From Eledone cirrhosa (Eukaryota): a DNA stretch of 64,000 bases. Shown one piece after another: positions 24,831 through 37,088 of this stretch. The notes beneath the pieces were generated by a model. It saw nothing but the letters and a program-made list of their open reading frames with translations. It was not told the origin of the DNA and made no database searches. Both the position numbers and the translations under genes were made by a program. How positions within the stretch are numbered: the stretch's first letter is position 1; each line of letters starts with the position of its first letter. The DNA lies in the NCBI GenBank assembly GCA_964016885.1, contig OZ024742.1, forward strand, positions 1,426,001 through 1,490,000, read 5' to 3'.

Positions 24831-26357
24831 GTTTTGCGAGGTTTTTGATATGAAATCGTGTGTCGAAACAAATATTGTTATACTTGGGGAGGGTCATATT
24901 TGTGTAATATTACCAGAATTAATAACAGAACACACTCACTGTTTGGTTGGTTTTCGCTTTTCGCTTCTGTGTCTTTTATATCGGTTAATTTAATTTATTC
25001 GGTCCTCAATGTTGCCATTGACTGACCAACGGTCAAAAATACAGATACAATATAGACACAAACACATATATATAGTTTATCAAAGTTCTTTCGTTGCACA
25101 TCTGCAACATCATCAGTGGTGCTATTGTTTCCTCCCGTTACATTGTATGTCTACGCCATCTTTATTTAGTCTTTATATATTTATTTATTTGTTTATTTTT
25201 TTGTCTTCTTTGCGCATGCGTTTGCGTGTGTGTATAGTGTTTTGTTTGATGTGTGTTCGTGTTTGGGTGACTGTGTATTCGTTAATGTATTCTATCTTTA
25301 TTAGTGTGTGTTTATATGTGTTTGTTGTTATTGTGCTTGTGTATGTATTTATTTATTTATCTATTTATTTATTTATACTTCTCTAAGGTCAGTGTTGTTT
25401 GTTTGGGTGTTGTTGTTATTCCATTCATTTTTTCTGTTTAGCCTTGGCCTTCTCAGTTCTATTTCACTGGCCTCTCTGATTTGCCTATCTGCTGGGTCAT
25501 TTCTATGTTTAGATATTATTCTAATTTCTGTTGTCTATGTTACCGTCGTGTTGTTGTCTGGCATGTTCGTATAGTACTGAACCGTTTTTTCGTCCTTTTA
25601 GTTCCCCCCAGTGTTGGTCTATCCTTTCACCTATGCTACGAGCTGTCTCACCTATGTATGTTGTTGTCATGTTTCTGCAAGTACCCTCTGTACATCTTAT
25701 GCTATAGACTACGTTTCTAGTTTTGCAGTTTATCTGGGGGTTTACTTTACATATGATACATTTCCTATTAGTACAGTGGGTTTTCTTAAAAGGGTAGGTT
25801 TTGCTGATCAGGGATTTTATGGTGGTTCCTGGCTTTTCTACCACCTTAATCTTTATCTCTGGTTGTCGTACCATGAGGTGGCTTTCCCTATCTTATGTTT
25901 AGTCCTATCTAAGCTATTCCATGATTTGCTCCTGTATAATGGGAAAATTCCTTTTATGTCCAGTTCTATGAGGGTCTTATATTTCTCCGTGGCTCCTTCG
26001 TATACTCTGATCCTGTCTCTTTGGTTGTAGTCAGAGAACTGCATGTGGTTGATGAAGTGTTGTATGTGTCTTTCCATTTCTGTTGGGTCGCACATGCGGG
26101 ACACATTCTTCATCACTCGTACCAAGTCTGCGATCAGAATATTAAACTTAACACTAGTGGACATTGCTGAGTTTTTGAGTATCTGGTATTTGGAGGCCAT
26201 GGGTTTAGCATAGTGTGAGTGGAGAATTTGGGCTCTCTCGTCTATAGTGTTAATCCAGAGTTCCGTGTCTAATACAGGTAGTCTATCGTTAGGGTGTTTG
26301 GAAGGGTAGTCGATAGTTACAGTTATACTCTGGTGTATGGAATTAGCTATGCTAATC
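24831..26357 (-). mobile_element. Penelope-like element, left arm (RT end + GIY-YIG; deleted, frameshifted)
   Basis: RLPVLDTELW (RT motif 7-like), HYAKPMAS, then VVYSIRC...YIGETAR. About 84 bp deleted relative to the right arm. Confidence 0.9.
25082..25122 (-). ncRNA. Hammerhead-like core in the Penelope 3' region (degenerate)
   Basis: CTGATGA-T-GTTGCA-GATG-TGCAAC-GAAA on the - strand; stems I and III poorly formed. In the right-arm copy (27542) the GAAA half is deleted. Confidence 0.55.
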
Positions 26358-27695
26358 ACACTATGCTAAACCCATGGCCTCCAAATACATGATACTCAAA
26401 AACTCAGCAATGTCCAGTAGTGCTAAGTTTAATATTCTGATCGCAGACTTGGTACGAGTGATGAAGAACGTGTCCCGCATGTGCGACCCAACAGAAATGG
26501 AAAGACACATCCAACACTTCATCAACCGCATGCAATTCTCTGGCTACAACCAAAGAGACAGAATAAGATTATACAAAGGAGCCACGGAGAAATATAAGAC
26601 CCTCATAGAACTGGACATGAAAGGAATTTGCCCATTATACAGGAGCAAATCATGGAATAGCTTAGATAGGGCTAGACATAAGATAGGGAAAGCCACCTCA
26701 TGGTACGACAACCAGAGATACCAGAGTGTCATGTTTGTGGACGCTACCCCTGGAGGGAAATTAGCTAACCAGTGTAGAAAGGTGCTGAGAAAGACCCACT
26801 TAAAGATTAAGGTGGTAGAAAAGCCAGGAACCACCATAAAACCCCTGATCAGCAAAACCTACCCTTTTAAGAAAACCCACTGTACTAATAGGAAATGTAT
26901 CATATGTAAAGTAAACCCTCGGATAAACTGTAAAACTAGAAACGTAGTCTATAGCATAAGATGTACAGAGGGTACTTGCAGAAACATGACAACAACATAC
27001 ATAGGCGAGACAGCTCGTAGCATAGGTGAAAGGATAGACCAACACTGGGGGGAACTAAAAGGACGAAAAAACGGTTCAGTACTATACGAACATGCCAGAC
27101 AACAACACAACGGTAACATAGACAACATAGAAATTAGAATAATATCTAAACATAGAAATGACCCAGCAGATAGGCAAATCAGAGAGGCCAGTGAAATAGA
27201 ACTGAGAAGGCCAAGGCTAAACAGAAAAAATGAATGGAATAACAACAACACCCAAACAAACAACACTGACCTTAGCGAAGTATAAATAAATAAATAGATA
27301 AATAAATAAATACATACACAAGCACAATAACAACAAACACATAAACACACACTAGTAAAGATAGAATACATTAACGAATACACAGTCACCCAAACACGTA
27401 CACACATCAAACAAAACACTATACACACACGCAAACGCATGCGCAAAGAAGACAAAAAAATAAACAAATAAATAAATATATAAACAGACTAAATAAAGAT
27501 GGCGTAGACATACAATGTAACGGGAGGAAACAATAGCACCACTGATGATGTTGCAGATGTGCAATGGCAACATTGAGGACTGAATAAATTAAATTAATCG
27601 ATATAAAAGACACAGAAGCGAAAACCAACCAAACAGTGAGTCTGTTCTGTTATTAATTCTGGCAATATTACACAAATATGACCCTCCCCAAGTAT

Positions 27696-27702
<7 letters not shown>
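26358..27702 (+). mobile_element. Penelope-like element, right arm (5'-truncated; ORF 26374-27285 = RT thumb, Cys linker, C-terminal GIY-YIG endonuclease)
   Basis: CTNRKCIIC..NC..VVYSIRC..C..YIGETARSIGERIDQH..H..H..E..E...LN; inverted copy of the left arm; ends at (TA)n. Confidence 0.92.
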
Positions 27703-27732
<30 letters not shown>

Positions 27733-27736
<4 letters not shown>

Positions 27737-30628
27737 AATAACCTAACTATCTGTAACACTAACTTCAAAAAACGTGACAATCACCTGATCACCTATAGAT
27801 CCGGGGAACACACAAGCCAGGTAGATTATATCCTTACCAGAAGACGTGACAGAGTGTCTGTTGTAAACACTAAATCCCTCCCCCATGAAGAATGCACCTC
27901 CCAACATAGACTGATAATTAGCGACCTCATAGTCAGGACGAGACGTACTCGACAGCAGAAGAGGACTATCCTCAGGAGAAAAATATGGAAGCTAAAGGAC
28001 CCCACAGCCAGGAATAAATTTCAAAGCATATTACTTGATGCTTTCGACAGTAAGGAAGAACATTTAGAGTCGGACAATATAGAGGGAGAGTGGGAATTTC
28101 TGAAAGCAAACCTGCTGTTGGCGACAGACGAAGTCTGTGGCTGGAGCAGGCCTGTAGGCAGGAGGAGAGTAACATGGTGGTGGAACAGTAAGGTGGAGGG
28201 GTCAATTAAGGCCAAAAAGCAGGCTTGGAAAGTATGGCGGGATGGGGGAAGTAGAGAAGACTATCAAGTGGCCAGGAGGGAAGCTAGGAGACAAGTGTAC
28301 TTAGCAAGAAGGGAAGCTGAGGAAAGAAAGTTCAAGCATGTTCTACAACGCGATGACCAAAAACGTGAGGTGTTCAGGATTGCTAGGCAATGCGTCAAGG
28401 AAAACCGTGATATTGTCGGGGAGAAGTGTGTACTAAACGACGATGGCACACTTGCCATCACCGACGCTGATAAGAAGGTAGCTTGGAAGTGTCACTATGA
28501 AAGGCTACTAAATGAGGAGAATAAATGGGAGAAAGACAGTCTCCCCCATATCGACCCAATAGAGGGACCAGCAGTGTTAGTCGAGGGGAGTATAATAAGT
28601 AAGGCAATCAAGGATATGAAGACGGGTAAGGCGGCTGGGCCTTCGGAAATAGTTGCTGAGATGCTGAAGGCATCTGGCACGGTGGGACACACCATGGTCA
28701 CCCGCATAGTTAACCAAGTCGTACAGAATGGGGTTGTTCCGAAGGACTAGCATAGCAGCATCATCGTTAACTGTTATAAGGGTAAAGGAGACGCCCTAGA
28801 TAGGAGTAACTATAGAGGCATTAAATTAATCGACCAGGTCATGAAGGTCACGGAAAAAGTAATAGCGCAACTAATCAGAGAGAGAATTGACCTAGATGAA
28901 ATGCAGTTCGGGTTTGTGTCAGGCAAAAGTACCACAGACGCTCTTTTCATAGTACGACAACTACAGGAGAAGTACCTAGCTAAAGGTAAACCCCTCTACT
29001 TAGCTTTTGTCGACTTGGAGAAAGCCTTCGACAGAGTCCCCCGCTCCATTATCTGGTGGGCTCTTAGAAAACTAGGCGTTGACGAATGGCTTGTGAGGGC
29101 TATACAAGCCATGTATAAAGAAACAGTCAGCAAGGTTAGAATTAACAACAAATATAGTGAAGAGTTTAGCGTAAAAGTTGGCGTCCATCAGGGCTCTGTT
29201 CTCAGCCCACTACTATTTATTATTGCCCTTCAAGCTATAACAGAGGAGTTCAAGACAGGCTGCCCATGGGAACTCCTATACGCAGACGACCTGACACTCA
29301 TAGCGGAATCAATGGCCGAGCTAGAGAAGAAATTCCAAACATGGAAGCACGGCCTAGAGTCAAAAGGACTTAAAATTAACCTGGCTAAGACCAAAGTACT
29401 AGTTTGTAGGAAAGAAAACAAGGCGGCGGTCCCTTCTGGGAAATGGTCGTGCTCGGTGTGTAGGAAAGGCGTAGGTAGAAACTCCATTTTATGTCCTAAA
29501 TGCAAAGTATGGGTGCATAAAAGAAGTAGTGGGATCACAGGTAAGCTAACTAAGAACATAGATTTTACATGTGGCCGGTGCTCTGGTGCAATAAGTAGCA
29601 GCAAGTGCCCACAAAATACTAGCTCTTTCAATTGCGCAGAGGGTTCTATAGAAATAGTGGACAGCTTCCGTTACCTGGGCGATAAAATCAGCAGTGGGGG
29701 AGGGTGCTCTGAAAGTACTGTAGCTAGAGTCAGAACTGGTTGGAAAAAGTTCAGAGAGCTTATACCACTATTAGCTGCTAAAGGGTTCTCCCTAAAAATG
29801 AAAGGCAGGTTGTACGATGCCTGCATACGAACAGCAATGCTGCATGGCAGTGAGACCTGGGCATTGTGTGCAGAGGATATACGCAGACTAGAGAGGAACG
29901 AAGCTTGCATGCTCCGCTGGATGTGTAACAGTAATATACGTGAACGGCAAAGCATAAACGAACTAAGGAAAAAATTAGAGATAAGAGGGATCAGATGTTG
30001 TTTACTCGAGAGAAGGCTACGTTGGTATGGACACGTGATGCGCATGAAAGTCGATAGCTGTATAACAAAGTGCAGGGCAATAAAGATAGACGGTAGTCAC
30101 GGAATAGGCAGACCTAGAAAAACCTGGGACGAGCTGATAAACTCCGACATCACACACTTACACCTCTCCAAGACAATGTCACTGGACCGAGACCTTTGGC
30201 GGTACTCAGTAACAGAGAAGACCCGCCTTACCTAAATATATAGTAAAACCTACTCCAGCCAGTAGGCATCTCTAACAAAATACACCCCGTCCCATCACCA
30301 CCACCCCCACCCCATCCACACCACCCTGTTCTATGTAAAGTTATGTTGGTGCCGCGCCATCGAGGCCGAAACAAATGAGATCGTGTAGGTGTCACGACAA
30401 AAACACACACAGTCCACGCTGTAATGTGGCCGTGTAGGCAACACGGTAAAAACCTCCCAGACCCACACTGTAAATGTGGTTGGTGTTAGGAAGGGCATCC
30501 AACTGTAGAAAACCTGCCAGACAGTCCTATGCGAGCAAGACAATCACTCTTGCCTCAAGTGGGACTACCTCCGTCCAAACCCATGCAAGCGTGGAACACG
30601 GACGTTAAACCTTGATGATGATGATGAT
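27733..30628 (+). mobile_element. RTE LINE, 5'-truncated (APE C-terminus, RT, Cys-rich insert, 3' UTR)
   Basis: QVDYIL/SQHRLI (APE), YRGI, FVDLEKAFD, GVHQGSVLSP, LLYADD. A single TAG at 28748-28750 sits at the usual Trp of P.DW. (GAT)n tail. Confidence 0.95.
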
Positions 30629-30965
30629 ATATATTCTTTCACACAGATACTCTCTCTCATGCTCTCTTTTTCATACCTACTCTCTCAAAAACATACTCTC
30701 TCTTTCTCCCTCACACACCATTTGTCCACTTTATTTAAGTTTATTTATTCATTTATATTTCTACATTCATAATAATTGATTCTTATTAATTCTTTAATGA
30801 TTAAGAATCAAATATTTTAATTTAAAATTTCATACAATTTCCTCTTTTCTAATAATTTCTTTCTCAATTTCTTGGCTGCCACATAAACCATGTTTAATAT
30901 TTATTTTATCAACTTGCCATATGCTTTCATTATTGGATGACACATTTACATATAGCATGTTCCTT

Positions 30966-31008
<43 letters not shown>

Positions 31009-31014
31009 TATATA

Positions 31015-31243
31015 TTTTAAGAATAAAGGAACAAAGAATCAGTGTTGCATCTTAACATATTTAATAACATATTACATATGTTTCACTGATTGACAGTGAA
31101 ACAGTATTGAAGCAGATCTGAGGATGTTTCAATTCCAGAGTCAGCTTCGATCACTAATGGATCATTCCTCGAGTTGATCGACAATGAAACATATGTAATA
31201 TGTTATAATGCAGCACTGATTCTGTGTTCTTTTATTCTTATAT
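31015..31243. mobile_element. Small fold-back element with long-stem-II hammerhead (31112-31203, +)
   Basis: Inverted arms AAGAATAAAG...CATATGTTTCA / TGAAACATATG...CTTTATTCTT. Motif GCAGAT-CTGAGGA-[~60 nt stem II]-GAAA-CATATG-TA-ATATGT. Confidence 0.6.
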
Positions 31244-31323
31244 TATAAACACTCTGCTCTGCTAGAGCATCGAGTGCTCACCTGGCATACGGCCTACTGT
31301 CGCAATTATCTTGCACCTCTACA

Positions 31324-31396
<73 letters not shown>

Positions 31397-32642
31397 TTTT
31401 GCTCAGTTTCAATTTTATTTTTTCCTCCAGCCATGCTGCGATGACTTCCTTGCTTTGACAATGTCTTCAATTAATTTTATTCATGTTTTCATTGTTATGT
31501 AACATGTTTTGTTGACAGCTTGTGACAGCAATTATCTTTACACTTTCATTGTTGCTTTTATATATCATCATCGTCTAACGTCCATATTCCACGCTTGCAT
31601 GGGTATATACATATACATATGTGTATATATATATGTGTGTATATATATGTGATATATATTATATAATAAGGGTTATATAATGTATATATTACAAGGCCAG
31701 TGCCAGGACACTGTCTCTAAGCCCTCCCTATAATATACAACACTTTTCTCCCAGTTATAGATCCCTACTCCCAGTTAAGTATGCCCCACCCACCCAATTC
31801 TCCCAAAATAAAATAATTTCAACTGATAGTTTGGCCAGCCGATGGACGAAGTTTTTGACATTTCTTATCACAATAAGTAAATTACTAAGCCTGCATTTAC
31901 CACTACACAGTCCACACCCATGCCACATCATGTGACAGGTCATTATATCATATGGCCCTGCTCACCCCTTTCTATATTTCTACAACTCTGTAATGTGGCC
32001 AAGTTATTTGGTGATTTATCTATTAATCACAGTAAATACTTTGTGCGTGAATTTGATAGAGGAGTACTACCGAAAAGTCATCATTTGTATTATGTGTGTG
32101 TGTATGTTTATCTGTTTCTCTACATGTATGTGTGTGTATGTCTTCACCTCCACAACACCATTAAATCAGTGAGTCTCTCTTACCAATATAAACAGTATGG
32201 TTTACCATCAGGAAGAACATCTGACTCTAGATACAGGGGATTCAGTAGAATTACACACATTTGTATAAAACTCTAATCCTTTTCAATAACATTCTAAGTG
32301 GTTGCCTAGTTGGCAACACCAGACTCCATGGTCACGTCTGGTTTCCGTGCTAGCAAGGGTTGGACAGGTCTACATAGACCATGTCAGTACTGAAGTGGGA
32401 CTGCTGATCTCCCAGACAGGTCAGGGATCTGTCATCTTGCTTATGTACAGTTTCATGTTCTACCGAGTTCACAGGGGAGGTTGTCATGTCTTTGACTCAA
32501 CTGAGGGTCCTCCCATCCCTTTATGTATAAAAATATAAACCTGTAATCCTTTTATATTCAGTAATGTTCCCCTTTAAGTGGGTACCTAGTTGGTCTCATG
32601 GCAGCACCAGCCTTGTATATATACACACACATATGTATATAT

Positions 32643-33094
32643 AGGCACATGGCTTAGTGGTTAGAGCACCGGGCTTGCAATCGAAAGGTTGTGAGTTCAA
32701 TACTCAGACCGGGTGATGTGTTGTTTCCTTGAGCAAGACACTTTATTTCACATTGCTCCAGTTTACTCAGCTGTAGAAATGAGATGATAGGACTATAGAT
32801 GACTAGGGTCCCTATCATTCCACTGAAAAGTGGTCGTGGAGGTGCCACGGCAAAAAAGCACCCAGCCCACACTGTAAAGTGGACGTGTAGGCGCCATGGA
32901 AAAAAAGCACCCAGCACTCACTGTAAATGAGGTTGGTGTTAAGAAGGGCATCCAGCTGTAGAAATCAAGCCAGAATCAGTTCCTGTATGAGCAAGACAAG
33001 GACAGGCGACTGGACACTGCCCACAACAGGACAACCCATCTAACCCATGCTAGCGTGGAAGAACGGACGTAAAACGGTGATGATGATGATGATG
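32643..33094 (+). mobile_element. CORE-like tRNA SINE, alternative RTE-type tail
   Basis: Same head and core as 417-750; tail ACCCATGCTAGCGTGGAAGAACGGACGTAAAACGG(TGA)n. Confidence 0.85.
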
Positions 33095-33138
33095 ACACAC
33101 AACGCCTGTCCCCTTAATCTAGCTTATTTCTCATTCTT

Positions 33139-33174
33139 TCTTCTGATGAAGGACTAGCGTCTGAAACGTTAAGA
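33139..33174 (+). ncRNA. Minimal type I hammerhead
   Basis: TCTT-CTGATGA-A-GGAC-TAGC-GTCT-GAAA-CG-TT-AAGA; palindromic AACGTT stem III. Confidence 0.7.
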
Positions 33175-33258
33175 CCCACTACCTGCTATATCAAGTGTTA
33201 ACCTAATATATCCCTTCCATATACTGTACTGATTGTGTTGTTATTTCTGTTTACCTTT

Positions 33259-33303
<45 letters not shown>

Positions 33304-33510
33304 TTGTATATATATATGTGTGTGTATATTAATATCTTGTTGTTTATTACTTTTGTTTGTATTTTTTATATTTTTATTTGTTGTGTGTTATGGCCAGCAG
33401 CAGTTGCATGTTGTCGAATAACCCCAATATTATTCCTGCTTCCCTTCCAGGCTAAACCTACCAATGTCAAGGTAACAATTTCATGCACATAAACATAGTT
33501 GCTTTAATAC

Positions 33511-33552
<42 letters not shown>

Positions 33553-33654
33553 GTATACTAATCACTCACTCAGCTAAAGATATTTACTAAGCTTTCTAAT
33601 CTTTTTTCTTTTTCAAATTTTAATACTGGTAATGGTTTAATTATATATATATAC

Positions 33655-33685
<31 letters not shown>

Positions 33686-33777
33686 TATATACATACATAC
33701 ATACACATGAATATATATGTATACACATACATATATATATATATATAAGTATGTATGTATACGTACATACATGTATG

Positions 33778-33820
<43 letters not shown>

Positions 33821-33851
33821 GCATATATGTATGTATACATATATATATATA

Positions 33852-33957
33852 TTTATTAAAATAACAGATTAAAGTTTAAGCAAAGAAGTGCTGCTTTCAC
33901 CCGTAACGGGATCAGAAGATCCCATTAAGGGTGAAAGCAACGATTCTTTGCTTAAAG
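33852..33957. repeat. Short fold-back of the 15974-16797 family
   Basis: TTTAAGCAAAGAA...CTTTCACCC / GGGTGAAAG...TTCTTTGCTTAAA. Confidence 0.75.
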
Positions 33958-34102
33958 GATAAAGTAAAACAGTGCTAAATCTGGAAGAGAGCTGAAATAT
34001 ATTATATTCATACACAGGACAAAGGCACTACCAAGGTTTCAAGGCCAAAATTTGATCACAATTCTAAAATACAAGAAGCATCAAATTAGTGTATATTAAT
34101 TA

Positions 34103-34181
34103 GCACCTGAAGAAAGGTCACTATTTTGATGCCTCTTCTGGAGATATGGTCAAAATTGGGCCTTGAAACCTTGGGTATTGC
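34103..34181 (+). ncRNA. Hammerhead with extended stem II, inside fold-back 33995-34210
   Basis: GCAC-CTGAAGA-AAGGTC...GGCCTT-GAAA-CCTTGGG-TA-TTGC. The inverted arm retains GAAA-CCTTGG-TA-GTGC, which restores stem I. Confidence 0.7.
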
Positions 34182-34385
34182 CTTCTGTGTATGAACATAA
34201 ATAATATATTTATAAAGTATTTTTCTTATCTTTTTTAATATTGGTAATGGTCTAATATATATATATATATACAATGATATTAAATAAATCGTACCTTATT
34301 GGTTGGAAATTCACTATCCAGTGAATTTCCAACCAATAAGGTCTGATTTTCATGGGTATGTCTCTATTTATAAAACAAACTTTGG

Positions 34386-34448
34386 ATTTTATCTGATGAA
34401 AGCGTACCAATGTTGTCTTGGTTACCCTTGAAATATATATAATAAAAT
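34386..34448 (+). ncRNA. Type I hammerhead, intact core, inside fold-back 34268-34499
   Basis: ATTTTAT-CTGATGA-AAGCGTACCAA-TGTTGTC-TTGGTTACCCTT-GAAA-TATATA-TA-ATAAAAT: 7-bp stem I, palindromic stem III. Confidence 0.75.
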
Positions 34449-34491
34449 AAATATGGTTTTCTAAATATAGTTTCCATTTATTTAATATCAT

Positions 34492-34532
<41 letters not shown>

Positions 34533-34770
34533 GGTAACAAGTTATCATTATAGGTAATCCAGTTAGAGGTTGTGAGTACTCTGCGTCGTGGATAGTTTTA
34601 ACATACGGCTTTGTTTGACTCAACAAGATGCTTCCAAAGTTATGCAGCGAGTTCGCGGTAATTCCTATGTAGGTTATACTTGGAGTAATAATAGTTAAAG
34701 AATGAAGAGTAACATGGTTGGCTGTACAATAAGGGGCTTTATTTCAAGTACTGACAATTGTTTCATCTAC

Positions 34771-34880
34771 GTACTCTGATGTGTTGATCAGAGGTAAATA
34801 ATGTATTGGAGATCGAGTGACGCAACTTCAAGCGATAAGTAACTCTAGACTCACCTGATCAATGAAACAATTGTCAGTAC
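34771..34880 (+). ncRNA. Hammerhead with ~80-nt stem II domain (A9>T), inside fold-back 34697-34932
   Basis: GTACT-CTGATGT-GTTGATCAG...CTGATCAAT-GAAA-CAATTG-TC-AGTAC; ~70-bp perfect inverted arms. Confidence 0.65.
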
Positions 34881-35637
34881 TTGAAATAAAGCCCCTTATT
34901 GTACAGCCAACCATGTTACTCTTCATTCTTTCACTATATATATATATTATTGTGGAAATTGAAGGAACAGTTCCTGACAGTAAACCAACCATTGTGATAT
35001 CAGTGGAGAAACCCCTGACAGTCCAATGATTCCCACAGAACTGTAAGCAACTGTACTGTTAATGTTCCATCAATAATGATATATGTACTCTACACATGTA
35101 TTGAGTTCTCTTTCTTCTAGAAGTAGCTCTTTAGTTTCCCTTTAAAAACAGCTTCATGCACCAGTGATCAATGTGTTAGTTGTGTGATGTAGAATATAAG
35201 TGTAGAAAATGTGAGATGTTTTTGTTAGAGAAGTAGCTGAACCTTTTCCAATTGTTACATTCTAATCCAGGGCCATCTCACTCCTGTTGGAGGAAACCCT
35301 CCCTGGTGGACCTCCAATGCTTTCTGTTTTGGTCATGTCTTCAGGGGTGTGGCCGTTCTCACTATCCCTGTCCAATTGTGGGTTGGTGAGGCTATTTAAC
35401 CCCTAGTAGGGGTGGAAGGCTGTTGATACTGAGGAGTTCATCCACCCCTTTAACAGCTCTTGTTTTTGGAGCTGCTGAGGGTTCCACTTACCACCAGACC
35501 AGGATCATGTGAAGGAGGTGGTTTAGTCAGTGACACACGGCCATGAAGCAGGTTGTACTGGGTTACACGGTACAAGTAACAGGTTGAGGCCTGACCTGAC
35601 ATATATGTTACATAATTGTTACAACTATATGTTTATG

Positions 35638-35910
35638 TCACCCCACCACCACCACCACCACCATTATGTCAGACACCACCACCACCACTATGTCACACAC
35701 CACCACCACCACGTCACACCACCACCACCACCACGTCACACCACCACCACCACCACCACATCACACCACCACCACGTCACACCACCACCACCACCACCAC
35801 CACCACATCACACCACCACCACGTCACACCACCACCACCACCACCACATCACACCACCACCACGTCACACCACCACCACCACCACCACCATCACCACCAC
35901 CACTACCACA
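35638..35910. repeat. (CAC)n compound microsatellite
   Basis: Direct reading. Confidence 0.9.
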
Positions 35911-35994
35911 ACATAGGATGTGGCTCATCACAAGGTAGGCCACATACTAAAACAAGTCAATTTTGAAATAAGGCGACCCACTCAGAAAGTCAAA

Positions 35995-36382
35995 CAGACC
36001 ACAGTTAGCCCATGTTTACCTCGATAACTGACCACAGTTAGCCCATGACTTTCCTCGATAACAGACCACAGTTAGCCCATGACTTCCCTCGATAACTGAC
36101 CACAGTTAGCCCATGACTTTCCTTGATAACAGACCACAGTTAGCCCATGACTTTCCTCGATAACAGACCACAGTTAGCCCATGACTTTCCTTGATAACAG
36201 ACCACAGTTAGCCCATGACTTTCCTTGATAACAGACCACAGTTAGCCCATGACTTTCCTTGATAACAGACCACAGTTAGCCCATGACTTCCCTCGATGTT
36301 AGCCCATGACTTTCCTCGATAACAGACCACAGTTAGCCCATGACTTTCCTCGATAACAGACCACAGTTAGCCCATGTTTACC
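35995..36382. repeat. 34-bp minisatellite (~11 copies)
   Basis: GACCACAGTTAGCCCATGACTTTCCTCGATAACA. Confidence 0.95.
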
Positions 36383-36507
36383 TCTCGTACAACAGATATA
36401 TTATGAAGGTAACTACTTGGTAGAGTCATTAGAATGTTGAATAAAAGGCATTGTATTTGTTTTAGCTGTACTTGAGGTTTCAATCTCATGAAAGCCAACT
36501 TTACCTT

Positions 36508-37088
36508 TGTTACCTGTGGGGTTAATCACTAAAGTACCTCTCCTCTCCAGGATGGTAGATGGGTGAGATTGTTACCTCTGGGGTTAATCACTAAAGTACC
36601 TCTCCAGAATGGTAGATGGGTGAGATTGTTACCTCTGGGGTTAATCACTAAAGTACCTCTCCAGAATGGTAGATGGGTGAGATTGTTACCTCTGGGGTTA
36701 ATCACTAAAGTACCTCTCCAGAATGGTAGATGGGTGAGATTGTTACCTCTGGGGTTAATCACTAAAGTACCTCTCCAGAATGGTAGATGGGTGAGATTGT
36801 TACCTCTGGGGTTAATCACTAAAGTACCTCTCCAGAATGGTAGATGGGTGAGATTGTTACCTCTGGGCTTAATCACTAAAGTACCTCTCCAGAATGGTAG
36901 ATGGGTGAGATTGTTACCTCTGGGGTTAATCACTAAAGTACCTCTCCAGAATGGTAGATGGGTGAGATTGTTACCTCTGGGGTTAATCACTAAAGTACCT
37001 CTCCAGAATGGTAGATGGGTGAGATTGTTACCTCTGGGGTTAATCACTAAAGTACCTCTCCAGAATGGTAGATGGGTGAGATTGTTAC
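36508..37088. repeat. 57-bp minisatellite (~10 near-identical copies)
   Basis: TTGTTACCTCTGGGGTTAATCACTAAAGTACCTCTCCAGAATGGTAGATGGGTGAGA. Confidence 0.95.
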
